DNA from: Deltaproteobacteria bacterium
Lineage (GTDB): Bacteria > SAR324 > NAC60-12
Reading direction: 5' to 3'
Assembly: GCA_002683655.1 (NCBI GenBank)
Contig: NYTS01000021.1
Span: 32,966-96,965 of the forward strand
Length of the DNA stretch: 64,000 nucleotides
The notes under the pieces were generated by a model, which saw nothing but the letters and a program-made list of their open reading frames with translations, was not told where the DNA came from and did not search any database. Below, one piece after another: positions 37,570 to 46,780 of this stretch; within the stretch, counting starts at the first letter, position 1, and each line of letters opens with the position of its first letter. The position numbers were made by a program, and so were the translations under genes.

Positions 37570-39077
37570 TGTCTCAGCAGATCACCCTGAAGGCCTCTGG
37601 TATTTCCAAGAGTTTCCCTGGTGTAAAGGCCCTACAGAATGTAGAAATTGAACTGCATGCTGGTTCGATTCACGCCCTGCTTGGAGAAAATGGGGCTGGC
37701 AAGTCCACGCTGATCAAGATCTTAACGGGTGTGTATCAACCTGATGAAGGGAGCGTAAATCTCCTTGGACAGCCTGTGCACTTCTCGGATACCAATGAAG
37801 CTCGCCAACAAGGAATTGCAGTGGTCCACCAGGAGCGCCATTTGATCCCTCGTTTATCTGTTGGAGAAAATCTCTTTCTTGATCGCCTTGGAGAAAATGC
37901 TTGGAGCTGGGTCGATTATCCAAAATTGCATGAAGAAGCCAAACCCTGGCTTGCCGCTGTGGGATTGGATCTAGATCCCCAAACTCCAGTAAAGCAGCTC
38001 TCTGTTGCCAAAATGCAGCTCGTGGAAATTGCTCAAGCGATCTCACAGAAATCACGTGTCCTGCTCATGGATGAGCCGACGGCTTCCTTGACCCCTCATG
38101 AGACAGAGAAGCTCTTTTCCCTCTTGCAGAAGCTCCAGGACGATGGGGTCACGATCGTTTTTGTGAGCCATAAGCTTGAAGAGGTACTGCAAATTTGTGA
38201 TTACCTGACTGTGTTGCGAGATGGTCAGAACACTTGCACCAGTGAACCAATTGCGCAGTACGACCGACAGGATCTGGTCCAACTGATGATTGGGCGGAAG
38301 GAACAGATTCCCGCCTGGCAAAATCGTGAAGTCAACCGAAAAAATCCAAAATTGGAGCTACGCCAAGTCAGCACAGAAGCGGGACACCAAGAACTGAATC
38401 TTCAACTGTATCCGGGAGAAATTCTTGGATTTTATGGATTGATTGGGGCGGGACGTAGTGAGTTGGCGAAGTCACTGATTGGCTATTTTCGAATGACAAA
38501 GGGAGAGTACTTGCTGGACGGTAAGGCAATTCACGTCTCTGGGGTGTCCATGGCGCGGGATCGCTATGCAATTGGCTATCTGAGCGAGGATCGAAAGTCA
38601 GAAGGTTTGATCCTACAGCATGACGCATTGCAGAATTCAGGCATCACCGTCTGGAGAAAGATTTGCTCCAAGTTAGGTTGGCTCTCCGATCAGCAGGTGA
38701 CCCAACGTGTCTCACCTTCAATTGACAAGTTGGAGGTCAAGACACCTTCGCTTTCACAGATGGTGAGTAATTTGTCCGGAGGCAATCAGCAGAAGATCTC
38801 GGTAGCCAAGTGGCTGGCGGCTCAGGTGGAGATCCTGATCGTCGATGAACCGTCTGTTGGAATCGATATCAAAACCAAGGCCTACCTACATGAGTTGATT
38901 CGGGAACTGGCCGATCAGGGTACTTCAATTCTCCTCATCACCTCCGATATGCCAGAAATCATTACCTTGGCGGATCGTATCATCGTAATGGATGAATTTT
39001 TGATCAAGGGAGACCTACCGAACAACCGCAACTATGAAGAGATGAGCACCGGAATCATGAATTTGATTCATAGCTGA
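37569..39077 (+). CDS. Sugar ABC transporter ATP-binding protein (duplicated ATPase, RbsA-like)
   Basis: Two ABC domains (GENGAGKST...LLMDEP and a degenerate second Walker A, LSGGNQQK, IVDEP). The ATG overlaps the permease TGA by 1 nt. Confidence 0.9.
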   Translation: MSQQITLKASGISKSFPGVKALQNVEIELHAGSIHALLGENGAGKSTLIKILTGVYQPDEGSVNLLGQPVHFSDTNEARQQGIAVVHQERHLIPRLSVGENLFLDRLGENAWSWVDYPKLHEEAKPWLAAVGLDLDPQTPVKQLSVAKMQLVEIAQAISQKSRVLLMDEPTASLTPHETEKLFSLLQKLQDDGVTIVFVSHKLEEVLQICDYLTVLRDGQNTCTSEPIAQYDRQDLVQLMIGRKEQIPAWQNREVNRKNPKLELRQVSTEAGHQELNLQLYPGEILGFYGLIGAGRSELAKSLIGYFRMTKGEYLLDGKAIHVSGVSMARDRYAIGYLSEDRKSEGLILQHDALQNSGITVWRKICSKLGWLSDQQVTQRVSPSIDKLEVKTPSLSQMVSNLSGGNQQKISVAKWLAAQVEILIVDEPSVGIDIKTKAYLHELIRELADQGTSILLITSDMPEIITLADRIIVMDEFLIKGDLPNNRNYEEMSTGIMNLIHS

Positions 39078-39309
39078 AATTTCTGAAGGGCTAGCCAGCA
39101 CAAAGAATCATTGGATTTTAATTTCCTTAAACTGAAATCCTCCCAACAAATTATTTCCTTCCTTCCTTCCTGTTATTGACTGTCTTGCTTTCTACTCAAT
39201 AGCTGCTAGAGAATTCCAATATTCATCAATTACCTAAAATGAAGGTCTCCCTGTTCAGTGACTTTGTAAAAGTTCAGCTCTACTCCGAGGCCCAAAAAAA
39301 ATCTAGCTC

Positions 39310-40692
39310 ATGAATTCCATCACTAAATCCGATTACGACCAGATTCTAGATAAAGCAGCAGCCATTCAGTGCAAGTGGAGAGAAATTCCAGCTCCGAGAA
39401 GAGGTGAATTGCTACGGGTCTTTGGCAACCAATTGCGCGAATCTCAAGAAAGCATTGCCCATTGCATCATGAGCGATGCCAAGAAAATCCAGGCAGAAGC
39501 CCTGGGAGAGGTGCAGGAGGCGATCGACATGTGTGACTTCGCCGTAGGACTTTCGCGACAACTGTACGGACTTACAATTGCCAGTGAGCGTCCAGAACAC
39601 AAGCTACAAGAAGCCTATCATCCGTTGGGAGTCATTGGAGTGATCACTGCGTTCAACTTCCCCTGTGCCGTCTGGTCCTGGAACCATTGTCTCGCAATAG
39701 TTTGTGGGAACAGCGTTGTCTGGAAAGCTTCTCCCAAGGCGTTGCATGTCACTGCCGCTTGTAAGCAGGCCTGGGATCAGACTGTGCAAAATTGTATGCC
39801 TGGGGAGGGATTTGAGGATCTGTTGCAGTTGGTCGAAGGGCATAAAGAGCAAGCGGAGTGGATGGCTGATGATGCACGGATCAGCCTGCTGAGTGCGACG
39901 GGTTCAACGGGGATGGGCAAGGCGTTGGCTCCACGAGTTGCCACCCGTTTGGGTAAGGCGCTCTTCGAGCTCGGGGGGAACAACGGGATGGTTGTCAGCC
40001 AACATGGCAACCTCGATCTGGCGGTTCGGGCAATTGTCTTTGGGGCGGTTGGCACGGCAGGGCAGCGCTGCACCACCTTGCGTCGCTTGATCGTACACGA
40101 GTCGGTTTATAATGAATTGCTGTCCAAGTTGAAGCCAGCCTATGCGAGCTTAGCTTTTGGAGATCAATTCAATGCAGAAACCCTGGTGGGGCCATTGATC
40201 GATGAAGTAGCTGTTGAAAGGATGCAGAATGCCTTGTCCTCTGCAAGAGCAAAAGAATATATCGTTCATGGTGGAGAGCACCTCAGAGATTGCCTGGTGC
40301 GTCCGGCCATCGTTGAAGCGACAGAACAGTGTGAGTTGGTACGGACCGAAACCTTTGCACCGATCCTCTATATGCTGAAGTATTCAGAGTTGACGGAGGC
40401 AATTCAGCTACACAATGGTGTTCCCCAGGGTCTGAGTTCCTGTATCTTTACAGACAACCTGCAGGAAGCTGAGACCTTCATCTCAGCAGTCGGTTCAGAC
40501 TGTGGGATTGTCAACGTGAATATTGGCCCCAGCGGTGCAGAAATTGGTGGCGCTTTTGGAGGAGAAAAGGAGACAGGTGGAGGCCGTGAATCTGGTTCTG
40601 ATGCCTGGAAGCAATACATGCGTCGTAGCACGATTACTATCAATTATGGAAAGTCACTTCCCTTGGCTCAAGGGATCAAGTTCGGAGATTGA
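39310..40692 (+). CDS. ALDH7-type aldehyde dehydrogenase (alpha-aminoadipic/piperideine-6-carboxylate semialdehyde dehydrogenase-like), N-terminally short
   Basis: GEVQEAIDMCDFAVGLSRQL, ITAFNFPCAVWSWN, GTAGQRCTTLRR and the C-terminus GAEIGGAFGGEKETGGGRESGSDAWKQYMRRSTITINY...LAQGIKF match ALDH7A1-family sequence from memory. It starts about 50 residues later than ALDH7 proteins. Confidence 0.85.
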   Translation: MNSITKSDYDQILDKAAAIQCKWREIPAPRRGELLRVFGNQLRESQESIAHCIMSDAKKIQAEALGEVQEAIDMCDFAVGLSRQLYGLTIASERPEHKLQEAYHPLGVIGVITAFNFPCAVWSWNHCLAIVCGNSVVWKASPKALHVTAACKQAWDQTVQNCMPGEGFEDLLQLVEGHKEQAEWMADDARISLLSATGSTGMGKALAPRVATRLGKALFELGGNNGMVVSQHGNLDLAVRAIVFGAVGTAGQRCTTLRRLIVHESVYNELLSKLKPAYASLAFGDQFNAETLVGPLIDEVAVERMQNALSSARAKEYIVHGGEHLRDCLVRPAIVEATEQCELVRTETFAPILYMLKYSELTEAIQLHNGVPQGLSSCIFTDNLQEAETFISAVGSDCGIVNVNIGPSGAEIGGAFGGEKETGGGRESGSDAWKQYMRRSTITINYGKSLPLAQGIKFGD

Positions 40693-40696
40693 TGTT

Positions 40697-41296
40697 ATGC
40701 CCAAAGGTTTCTATCGAGTGCCAGATGTGCAGTTCGATCTTCAGAACATGCAGGAGGCCCTGAAAAAGGTGGATTCCAAGGTGGCTCGGCAGTCTCCTCT
40801 TGGTGAGAGAGACATCAACGCCATTTGCCTAACTCAGATTCCTGGTGATCCAAATTCGATCACGGGTGGGAATGTTCGTGGTTTGTTCTGGACCAAGCCT
40901 GATCATACTGGGGTTGAGGTGCAACGTGATGATCTGATTGATGAAGAGAAGTATTCGGAGTTCGTCAAACTGTTTGAGGATACCTACTTCAAGGAGATCT
41001 ACGACACTTTGATCTCCCGCTACAAGTTGGGTCGAATCCGCCTGCTCTGGAAGCTCCCCCGCACCACTCTGAGTTGGCATCGTGATCCGGAGCCCAGACT
41101 TCATATCCCGATCATTACCAATCCTGGAGCCCACATGGTGATTGAAGAGGTCAACCATCACCTGCCAGCAGACGGTTCCGTTTGGATCACGAACAATACT
41201 CGCTATCACAATGCCTTCAATGGTGGTGAAGAAGACCGAGTTCATTTGGTAGCGACTGTACTGGATTGTGATCTGAGCATCTTCGATCAAAGTTGA
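40697..41296 (+). CDS. Aspartyl/asparaginyl beta-hydroxylase-like 2OG/Fe(II) cupin protein
   Basis: WHRD (HxD), LHIPI and the distal YHNAFNGG...RVHLV pattern of the AspH-like family. ATG 40697 lies 4 nt after the ALDH stop. Confidence 0.6.
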   Translation: MPKGFYRVPDVQFDLQNMQEALKKVDSKVARQSPLGERDINAICLTQIPGDPNSITGGNVRGLFWTKPDHTGVEVQRDDLIDEEKYSEFVKLFEDTYFKEIYDTLISRYKLGRIRLLWKLPRTTLSWHRDPEPRLHIPIITNPGAHMVIEEVNHHLPADGSVWITNNTRYHNAFNGGEEDRVHLVATVLDCDLSIFDQS

Positions 41297-41364
41297 CGAT
41301 CTCAGTGTTGTTGATGAGAGCGGGTGTAGATGAATTGGTTGACAGTTTCAAAGAAGTGAACGCT

Positions 41365-41879
41365 ATGAAAGTTTTTCGAAGTGTTTCGCTGTGTATTGGG
41401 CTGGGACTCTTATCTTGGGCAAACTCTCTTTCAGCTCATGAGGCCTCGAAGATCAACACTGAGAGCCTGTTGAGAAAATACTTTCGTAGCGAAATGTTGT
41501 CTACACTAGTCGGGTGGGAAACCGCTGTGAACGAATTGGGCTTAATGTTGGAAACGTCAATCAAATCTTGGTTGAAGAAATTGAGAAGGCTGAGCTACAA
41601 CCCTTGGCTGAGGAAATAGAGACCCCACTCCCCAGAATCTTATTGGTTACTGAGGTTAACGGCCTTTCACAGTATCTAGGCAATACAGTCTTCTACCGCA
41701 CTAGCGTCTCCTTCCAGTGGGAGGATGGTAAAGGTGCAAGTGGCCGGTTGACTTTGGGTCCTCCGTTGAGTGCGATGGGTTTGGGTGATGAGGTGCGCAA
41801 GCCCCTCAATTCTATCAGAAAGGCTGTTCGTGAAAAGATTCGTGATCTACTGAATGCCCAGCGTCGTCAAGCTGAATGA
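41365..41879 (+). pseudogene. Secreted hypothetical protein, probably frameshifted
   Basis: Signal peptide MKVFRSVSLCIGLGLLSWANSLSA/HE in frame 1 (ORF ends 41619). Protein-like sequence (VNQILVEEIEKAELQPLAEE...FQWEDGKGASGRL...) continues in the -1 frame (open from 41492 to 41879) with no convincing start or SD of its own. Confidence 0.4.
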
Positions 41880-41901
41880 AGCTTGGTTTTGTTGATCCAA
41901 C

Positions 41902-42864
41902 TTAGGCATACTGGACGATCAAGACCGAGCGATCGTCAGAAAACTCCGTACTAGTGGAACCCTTGATGGCAGGACAGCTGTCAATCTTACTTGGATCAAT
42001 GGATTCGATTCGTGCAAACTCTCCCTCCCATGCTGCCACCGTCACTTCATCCGGTAAACTGAAATAGCCGTCTGTAAAGAGTTCAAGGCTCTTGATCGAA
42101 GCCTTTGAACGAGAAAAGCAAAGCATCCCCTCGCCAGCTAAGCTCTTTCCATTCAATGCAGCATAACCCAGGGGAAGTTTTCCTTGATTGGCAAAGCGGT
42201 GCTGCGAAACCACTCCTTGTTTGAGAAAGCGCATTGCTTCTGCTGCTGCAGCGGGAAAATTGAGTTTGATATGCTCTAGCAGGTCTTGCTGTTGGGTAGC
42301 CGTCAATACTCCTTGCTCGAGAGCCCTGTCCAGTCCGTAGTACACCACCTGACGGGTTTGATATTCCAGTCCGTCACCTTCCAAACCCTGTTCACGCAAG
42401 AGTCGGAAGAGCGACTGGCGCGTGAGAGTGGAGACGTGGTCAATTTGTTTGCGCAAGACTATCTCTTCCTGGCCATTCAGACGCACACCACTATCCCCCA
42501 GCAGGAAAAAGAACAACTCTTCGCCAACATCCCAGGCAAGCGCCATTGTGGTTGAGGGCGGTTTGCCTTCCGTTTGAAGTTGGCCTTCCGCAATTTTCTG
42601 TAGCAAGACTACTTCCAGTTGCTCATTGACTTGATGAAGCAACTCTTCGTCTTGCACCAATTGTTGAGTTGCCCAAAGTCGACCGACAGCTTCGGCACAA
42701 GTCAATGCCGCAAAGCGTCCGCTGGTGATTCCGTCGAGCATTGTTTTGGTCGGATCAGTTGCCCCGTCAAACAAGGCATAGAGGCCCGGCAGGGTGAGCA
42801 ATACATCCTCCCCTGGGGCTTCAAAAGATCGATACTTAGAACGGTTGAAAGAGGATATTTGCAT
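41902..42864 (-). CDS. PP2C-like (PP2C_2-type) phosphatase-domain protein
   Basis: Motif series GEDV...ALFDGATD...PSTTMALAW...LLGDSGV...LFTDGY...DDRSVLIV parallels the PP2C motifs ED / DG / GTT / GDSR / DG / DN-T. Confidence 0.5.
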   Translation of the reverse strand: MQISSFNRSKYRSFEAPGEDVLLTLPGLYALFDGATDPTKTMLDGITSGRFAALTCAEAVGRLWATQQLVQDEELLHQVNEQLEVVLLQKIAEGQLQTEGKPPSTTMALAWDVGEELFFFLLGDSGVRLNGQEEIVLRKQIDHVSTLTRQSLFRLLREQGLEGDGLEYQTRQVVYYGLDRALEQGVLTATQQQDLLEHIKLNFPAAAAEAMRFLKQGVVSQHRFANQGKLPLGYAALNGKSLAGEGMLCFSRSKASIKSLELFTDGYFSLPDEVTVAAWEGEFARIESIDPSKIDSCPAIKGSTSTEFSDDRSVLIVQYA

Positions 42865-42870
42865 GAATAA

Positions 42871-44520
42871 TTAAAGAAAAGAGGCACCATCAGAACGAGA
42901 AACCTTCATCACCGTGAAGACACAGACTGCTGTGCTGACCAATAAAATTGTTGAGAGGGCAGCTGCAATACCAAATTCACCATCCAGTACAGAGAGATAA
43001 ACTCGAACTGGCATAGTCATGGTGGATGAGGTGTAGAGGATCAGAGTAGATGACAGTTCATTGATAGCAGTGATAAAACTCATCATACCGCCAGCAAGCA
43101 AGCCAGGCAGCATTAGAGGAAGCGTAATTTTAAGGAAGACCCTAGAAGGAGGTACACCAAGACTGATCGCAGCTTCTTCTATAGATGGTTTAATAGTGCG
43201 AAGTGTTGCTGAGGTTGAACGCACACCATATGGAAGTCGGCGAATAAAAACGATTAAAACGATGATCAAGGCGGTTCCTACCAAGTCCAAAGGCCATGCA
43301 TTGAAAGTGACAACAAATCCGATTGCCATCACCACCCCTGGCACGATGTAGGGAACCATCAATAGGCTATCGAGTGTTCCAGACCATACATTGCTTTTGC
43401 GCACGATTACATAGGAAATGAATCCGCTGACCCCAACGATCAATACAACGGCCAAGGATGCAAAGATAAAGCTGTTTGCGACTGAATCATCAATCTCTCG
43501 CCAGACCCGTTCATAGCTACCCATCGCATAGCCACCGCTGAAGACAGGGCCCTTGGTGGCCAGGAAGGAAGTATGAATTACGATCAGGTTTGGAAGCATG
43601 CTGATCAGCACTACTAGATAGCAGAAACCTTGAATCAGGAGACCTTGTGTCCCTACTGGTTTCTGTTGCTCAATCTTTCGTGAAATCCCACTGACATAGC
43701 GCCGCTTTTTCATGAAATTACGCTGAGCGGTCACTACCAAAATAGAAATTATAGTTAGGATGATAGAGATTGTCACAGCTAATGAGGGAGTTCCTCCCAT
43801 TTCAGTTGTGTATTGGTTATAAGCAATTGTAGAGAGAGTCCTAAAGTTTTTACCAATGATGGAAGGAGTCCCAAAATCCGCGATGCTCAAGACGAAGCAA
43901 AGAATTGCGCTAGTGCTAACTGCTGGAAATGCCAGGGGTAGAGTAATCCTAAGAAATCGTTCCCAGGTCTTATAGCCCAGGTTCTCCGCAGCCTCTTCAT
44001 AGGATCGATTGATCGCACTTAGCGCCCCCTCCGTCATGATAAAAACAAAAGGGTAGTACTTGAAACTGAAGACAAGAACAATTCCTGGCAAGCCATAAAT
44101 CAGAGGTGGATCAAGCCCTAGACTGCGAAGAAAATTAGTAATGGATCCATTCGCACCCAGCAGCATTATCCAAGCATAAGCCCCGATGAAAGGAGGGGAA
44201 ACCAAAGCTAAGATTGCAAGTGTAGAGATAAAGGGTCGCCAGCGTACTCGATAACGTGACATGAAATACGCTAGAGGAATTCCCAACAAACAGGCGCCAA
44301 GCATTCCAAGCATGCCAACTAACAGGGTGTTAGTTACTGCCGTAAGGTAGTAACGGTGGGAAAGAATCTTCAGGTAATGTTTGAGCGTCCATTCTCCTGT
44401 ATCTGCATCAAGAAAACTAAGATGCAATACTTGAGATAGGGGCCAGAGGAGAAATATCGCAATTAGTGCTACGACACCGAGAAGGATCAGGTTCCAGAAG
44501 TCAAATAGACGCTTCATCAA
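42871..44520 (-). CDS. Two-domain ABC permease (FbpB/ThiP-like, iron(III)/thiamine type)
   Basis: 549 aa with two tandem binding-protein-dependent permease modules. Confidence 0.85.
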   Translation of the reverse strand: MMKRLFDFWNLILLGVVALIAIFLLWPLSQVLHLSFLDADTGEWTLKHYLKILSHRYYLTAVTNTLLVGMLGMLGACLLGIPLAYFMSRYRVRWRPFISTLAILALVSPPFIGAYAWIMLLGANGSITNFLRSLGLDPPLIYGLPGIVLVFSFKYYPFVFIMTEGALSAINRSYEEAAENLGYKTWERFLRITLPLAFPAVSTSAILCFVLSIADFGTPSIIGKNFRTLSTIAYNQYTTEMGGTPSLAVTISIILTIISILVVTAQRNFMKKRRYVSGISRKIEQQKPVGTQGLLIQGFCYLVVLISMLPNLIVIHTSFLATKGPVFSGGYAMGSYERVWREIDDSVANSFIFASLAVVLIVGVSGFISYVIVRKSNVWSGTLDSLLMVPYIVPGVVMAIGFVVTFNAWPLDLVGTALIIVLIVFIRRLPYGVRSTSATLRTIKPSIEEAAISLGVPPSRVFLKITLPLMLPGLLAGGMMSFITAINELSSTLILYTSSTMTMPVRVYLSVLDGEFGIAAALSTILLVSTAVCVFTVMKVSRSDGASFL

Positions 44521-45629
44521 TTAACCAACATGCGTCTCCCCTCAGCATCGGGGTCAAAAAACTTTATTGCTCTCCAATCAAAGCTAATCCTGTGTTTTTG
44601 CTTGGTTTGTAAGAGAGAGGATTGTTCTCCTGTAGGGATAATAATCTTAAGTAAAAAATTACCAGAAACGTTTACACTGAGGTGATATTCACGTCCAAGA
44701 AAGTTGGCTTCATCAAGTTCAACATCTAGCAGGAGATCGGTCTCAGAAACCTTTATTGGATCTAACTGAATTTGTTCAGGTCTGATGGAAGCTAGCCAGC
44801 CAGCGGCCCCTGTGTTTTGAAATACTTCTGGTGGATTTTGACCAGAACAATTTTGGCTGAGCTTGCCTACTTCAATGAAGTTGTTTCCACCCACAAAAGA
44901 AGCTACAAAAAAATTTGCAGGGTTTTGGTACATCTCAATTGGTGAACCAGTTTGTTGAACCTCCCCTTCATTCAGCACACAAATCAGGTCAGAAACTGCA
45001 AGAGCCTCTTCCTGATCGTGAGTAACATAAATTGTGGTGATACCGAGTTGTTTTTGGATTCTACGAATTTCGGACCGAAGTTCCTCACGAAGCTGGGCAT
45101 CCAGATTCGATAGAGGTTCGTCCATTAGAATTACTCTCGGGCTCATAATCAACGACCGAGCCAAGCCAACTCTTTGCTGCTGACCTCCACTCAGTTCATG
45201 TGGCATTCTTTTACGCAGTGACTCCAATTGAACAACCTGCAGGATGTCCATCATTCGCTTCTGATATTCCCTGTTGGGGAGCTTAAGACGCTTCAATCCA
45301 AAGCCAACATTGTCTTCCACATTCAAGTGAGGAAAGATGGCATAGTCCTGAAAAACCATGCCAATGTTTCGTTGATGTGGGGAGAGTGAGCGAATAGAAG
45401 CCCTGTCGATTTTTAAATCTCCAGAGTCAATATCATGGAAGCCTGCCAAAGCCCTTAGGAGTGTTGTTTTACCACATCCGCTTGGACCTAGCAGTGTAAA
45501 GAAGGCCCCACTAGGAATATCCAGTGAGACCTGATTTAGGGCTTGGAAGCTACCATATTTTTTTACAGCGGCTTCAACTGTAACTTGTGACAAGAAAAAG
45601 ACTCGTAGGAAGTTCTCACTGAACGTCAA
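44517..45629 (-). CDS. ABC transporter ATP-binding protein (FbpC/PotA-like)
   Basis: GPSGCGKTT, LSGGQQQRV, ILMDEP and a C-terminal TOBE-like region. It overlaps the permease start by 4 nt. Confidence 0.9.
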   Translation of the reverse strand: MTFSENFLRVFFLSQVTVEAAVKKYGSFQALNQVSLDIPSGAFFTLLGPSGCGKTTLLRALAGFHDIDSGDLKIDRASIRSLSPHQRNIGMVFQDYAIFPHLNVEDNVGFGLKRLKLPNREYQKRMMDILQVVQLESLRKRMPHELSGGQQQRVGLARSLIMSPRVILMDEPLSNLDAQLREELRSEIRRIQKQLGITTIYVTHDQEEALAVSDLICVLNEGEVQQTGSPIEMYQNPANFFVASFVGGNNFIEVGKLSQNCSGQNPPEVFQNTGAAGWLASIRPEQIQLDPIKVSETDLLLDVELDEANFLGREYHLSVNVSGNFLLKIIIPTGEQSSLLQTKQKHRISFDWRAIKFFDPDAEGRRMLVN

Positions 45630-46611
45630 GCAAGGTGTCGCTCCAACGGCCCACCAGCTGTTTCTTGTTTTCTACTGCCCAAAGCAAGTCATATTCGATG
45701 GTCTTGATTTGGTTCAGTGGTGTGAGTTCCTTCACAGATTCAACATCAATCCGCACAGGTCGACGGCCAATTGCTGCAACAGAGCTTTGGGCGTCTTTGG
45801 AAATCATGTAGTCCAAAAATTGTTTACCGGCACTAGGGTTTGGCCCGTTGGCAACCAGAGCCATTGCGTCAGGAACCAGGGAAGTTCCATCAGAGGGGTA
45901 AACAATTTCTACTGGTCCGCCCCCTAGTTTGTAGCGTAAGGCTGCATCTTCTAGAGTGATCCCAACTGCAGCTTCTCCATCATTGACAAATCGTGGAACT
46001 GCACCAGAACTGTTGGAGAGAACCATATTGGCCATTATATTTTTGTAGGTATCCCAACCCTTATCGTTGTTCCCATAAATTTGTAGGACAGTAGCCAACT
46101 GGATATAGGAAGAACCAGACTTATCTGCACGAGCGGAAGAAATTTTTCCTTTGTAGGCAGACTTGGTTAGGTCAGACCAAGACTTAGGGACATCAGCTCC
46201 CTTCATCTGTTGATTGTTGACCAAGAAGACAGAGACGATCGCTGTAAAGGGTAACCAAGTTTGGCTCGGCCGAAGCTGTGGATTGATTTTATTATCATCC
46301 TTGGGTGTGTAGTTGACAAACAGTTCCTTGTTAAAATCCACTAATTCACCACCAACGCTCCAAATAACGTCTGCTGTTTGACGCCCTTTTTCAGCTCTCA
46401 AACGATTAAGCAATTCACCTGAACCAGCTTTAACAATTTCGACTTTAATGCCAGATTGTTTTTCAAAAGCTGGAACCAAGGTGTCAATCAGTTTCTGGGG
46501 AGCGGCAGTGTAAACTGCTACCGTCTCTGCTGCTAGGGTATTGGCAGAAATGAGTACTGTGAAAGCTGAGGCGTAAAAGAATATTTTTGAAAAGAACGAA
46601 GTGAACTTCAT
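45616..46611 (-). CDS. Periplasmic substrate-binding protein (family 1, Fe(3+)/thiamine-type)
   Basis: Signal peptide, then VAVYTAAPQKLIDTLVPAFEKQSGIKVEIVKAGSGELLNRL..., typical of FbpA/AfuA/TbpA-like binding proteins. Confidence 0.8.
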   Translation of the reverse strand: MKFTSFFSKIFFYASAFTVLISANTLAAETVAVYTAAPQKLIDTLVPAFEKQSGIKVEIVKAGSGELLNRLRAEKGRQTADVIWSVGGELVDFNKELFVNYTPKDDNKINPQLRPSQTWLPFTAIVSVFLVNNQQMKGADVPKSWSDLTKSAYKGKISSARADKSGSSYIQLATVLQIYGNNDKGWDTYKNIMANMVLSNSSGAVPRFVNDGEAAVGITLEDAALRYKLGGGPVEIVYPSDGTSLVPDAMALVANGPNPSAGKQFLDYMISKDAQSSVAAIGRRPVRIDVESVKELTPLNQIKTIEYDLLWAVENKKQLVGRWSDTLLDVQ

Positions 46612-46780
46612 CGGAACTCCCTAATGAATGAATGAACAAGGCCTTCAACTGTACTTGCTGAAATAAGACCCATGATAGGACCGCCTTACACTGGAGGAGG
46701 AGCAACCCAATTTCAAGAGAATTGTGACTTCCAGTGATCACAAAAAATCTGAAATTTGTCTTTATGAATTAAGCGATAGT

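Noticed and set aside
39155-39170. (TTCC)4 microsatellite; also (AATG)3 at 46623-46634 next to the SBP ribosome-binding site
   Set aside because: There are too few repeat units to argue for slipped-strand phase variation.
40523-40696. N-terminal extension of the AspH-like ORF, as listed in the ORF track (start 40523)
   Set aside because: The extension is an out-of-frame read of the ALDH 3' end. The family-typical protein starts at ATG 40697, 4 nt after the ALDH stop.
46612-46780. TPP or cobalamin riboswitch, or a Fur box, upstream of the Fe/thiamine-type importer
   Set aside because: There is no CUGAGA/ACCCUG-type TPP core or B12 box. The only structure is a TGTGA-N10-TCACA inverted repeat (46723-46742), whose spacing does not fit the CRP N6 consensus.
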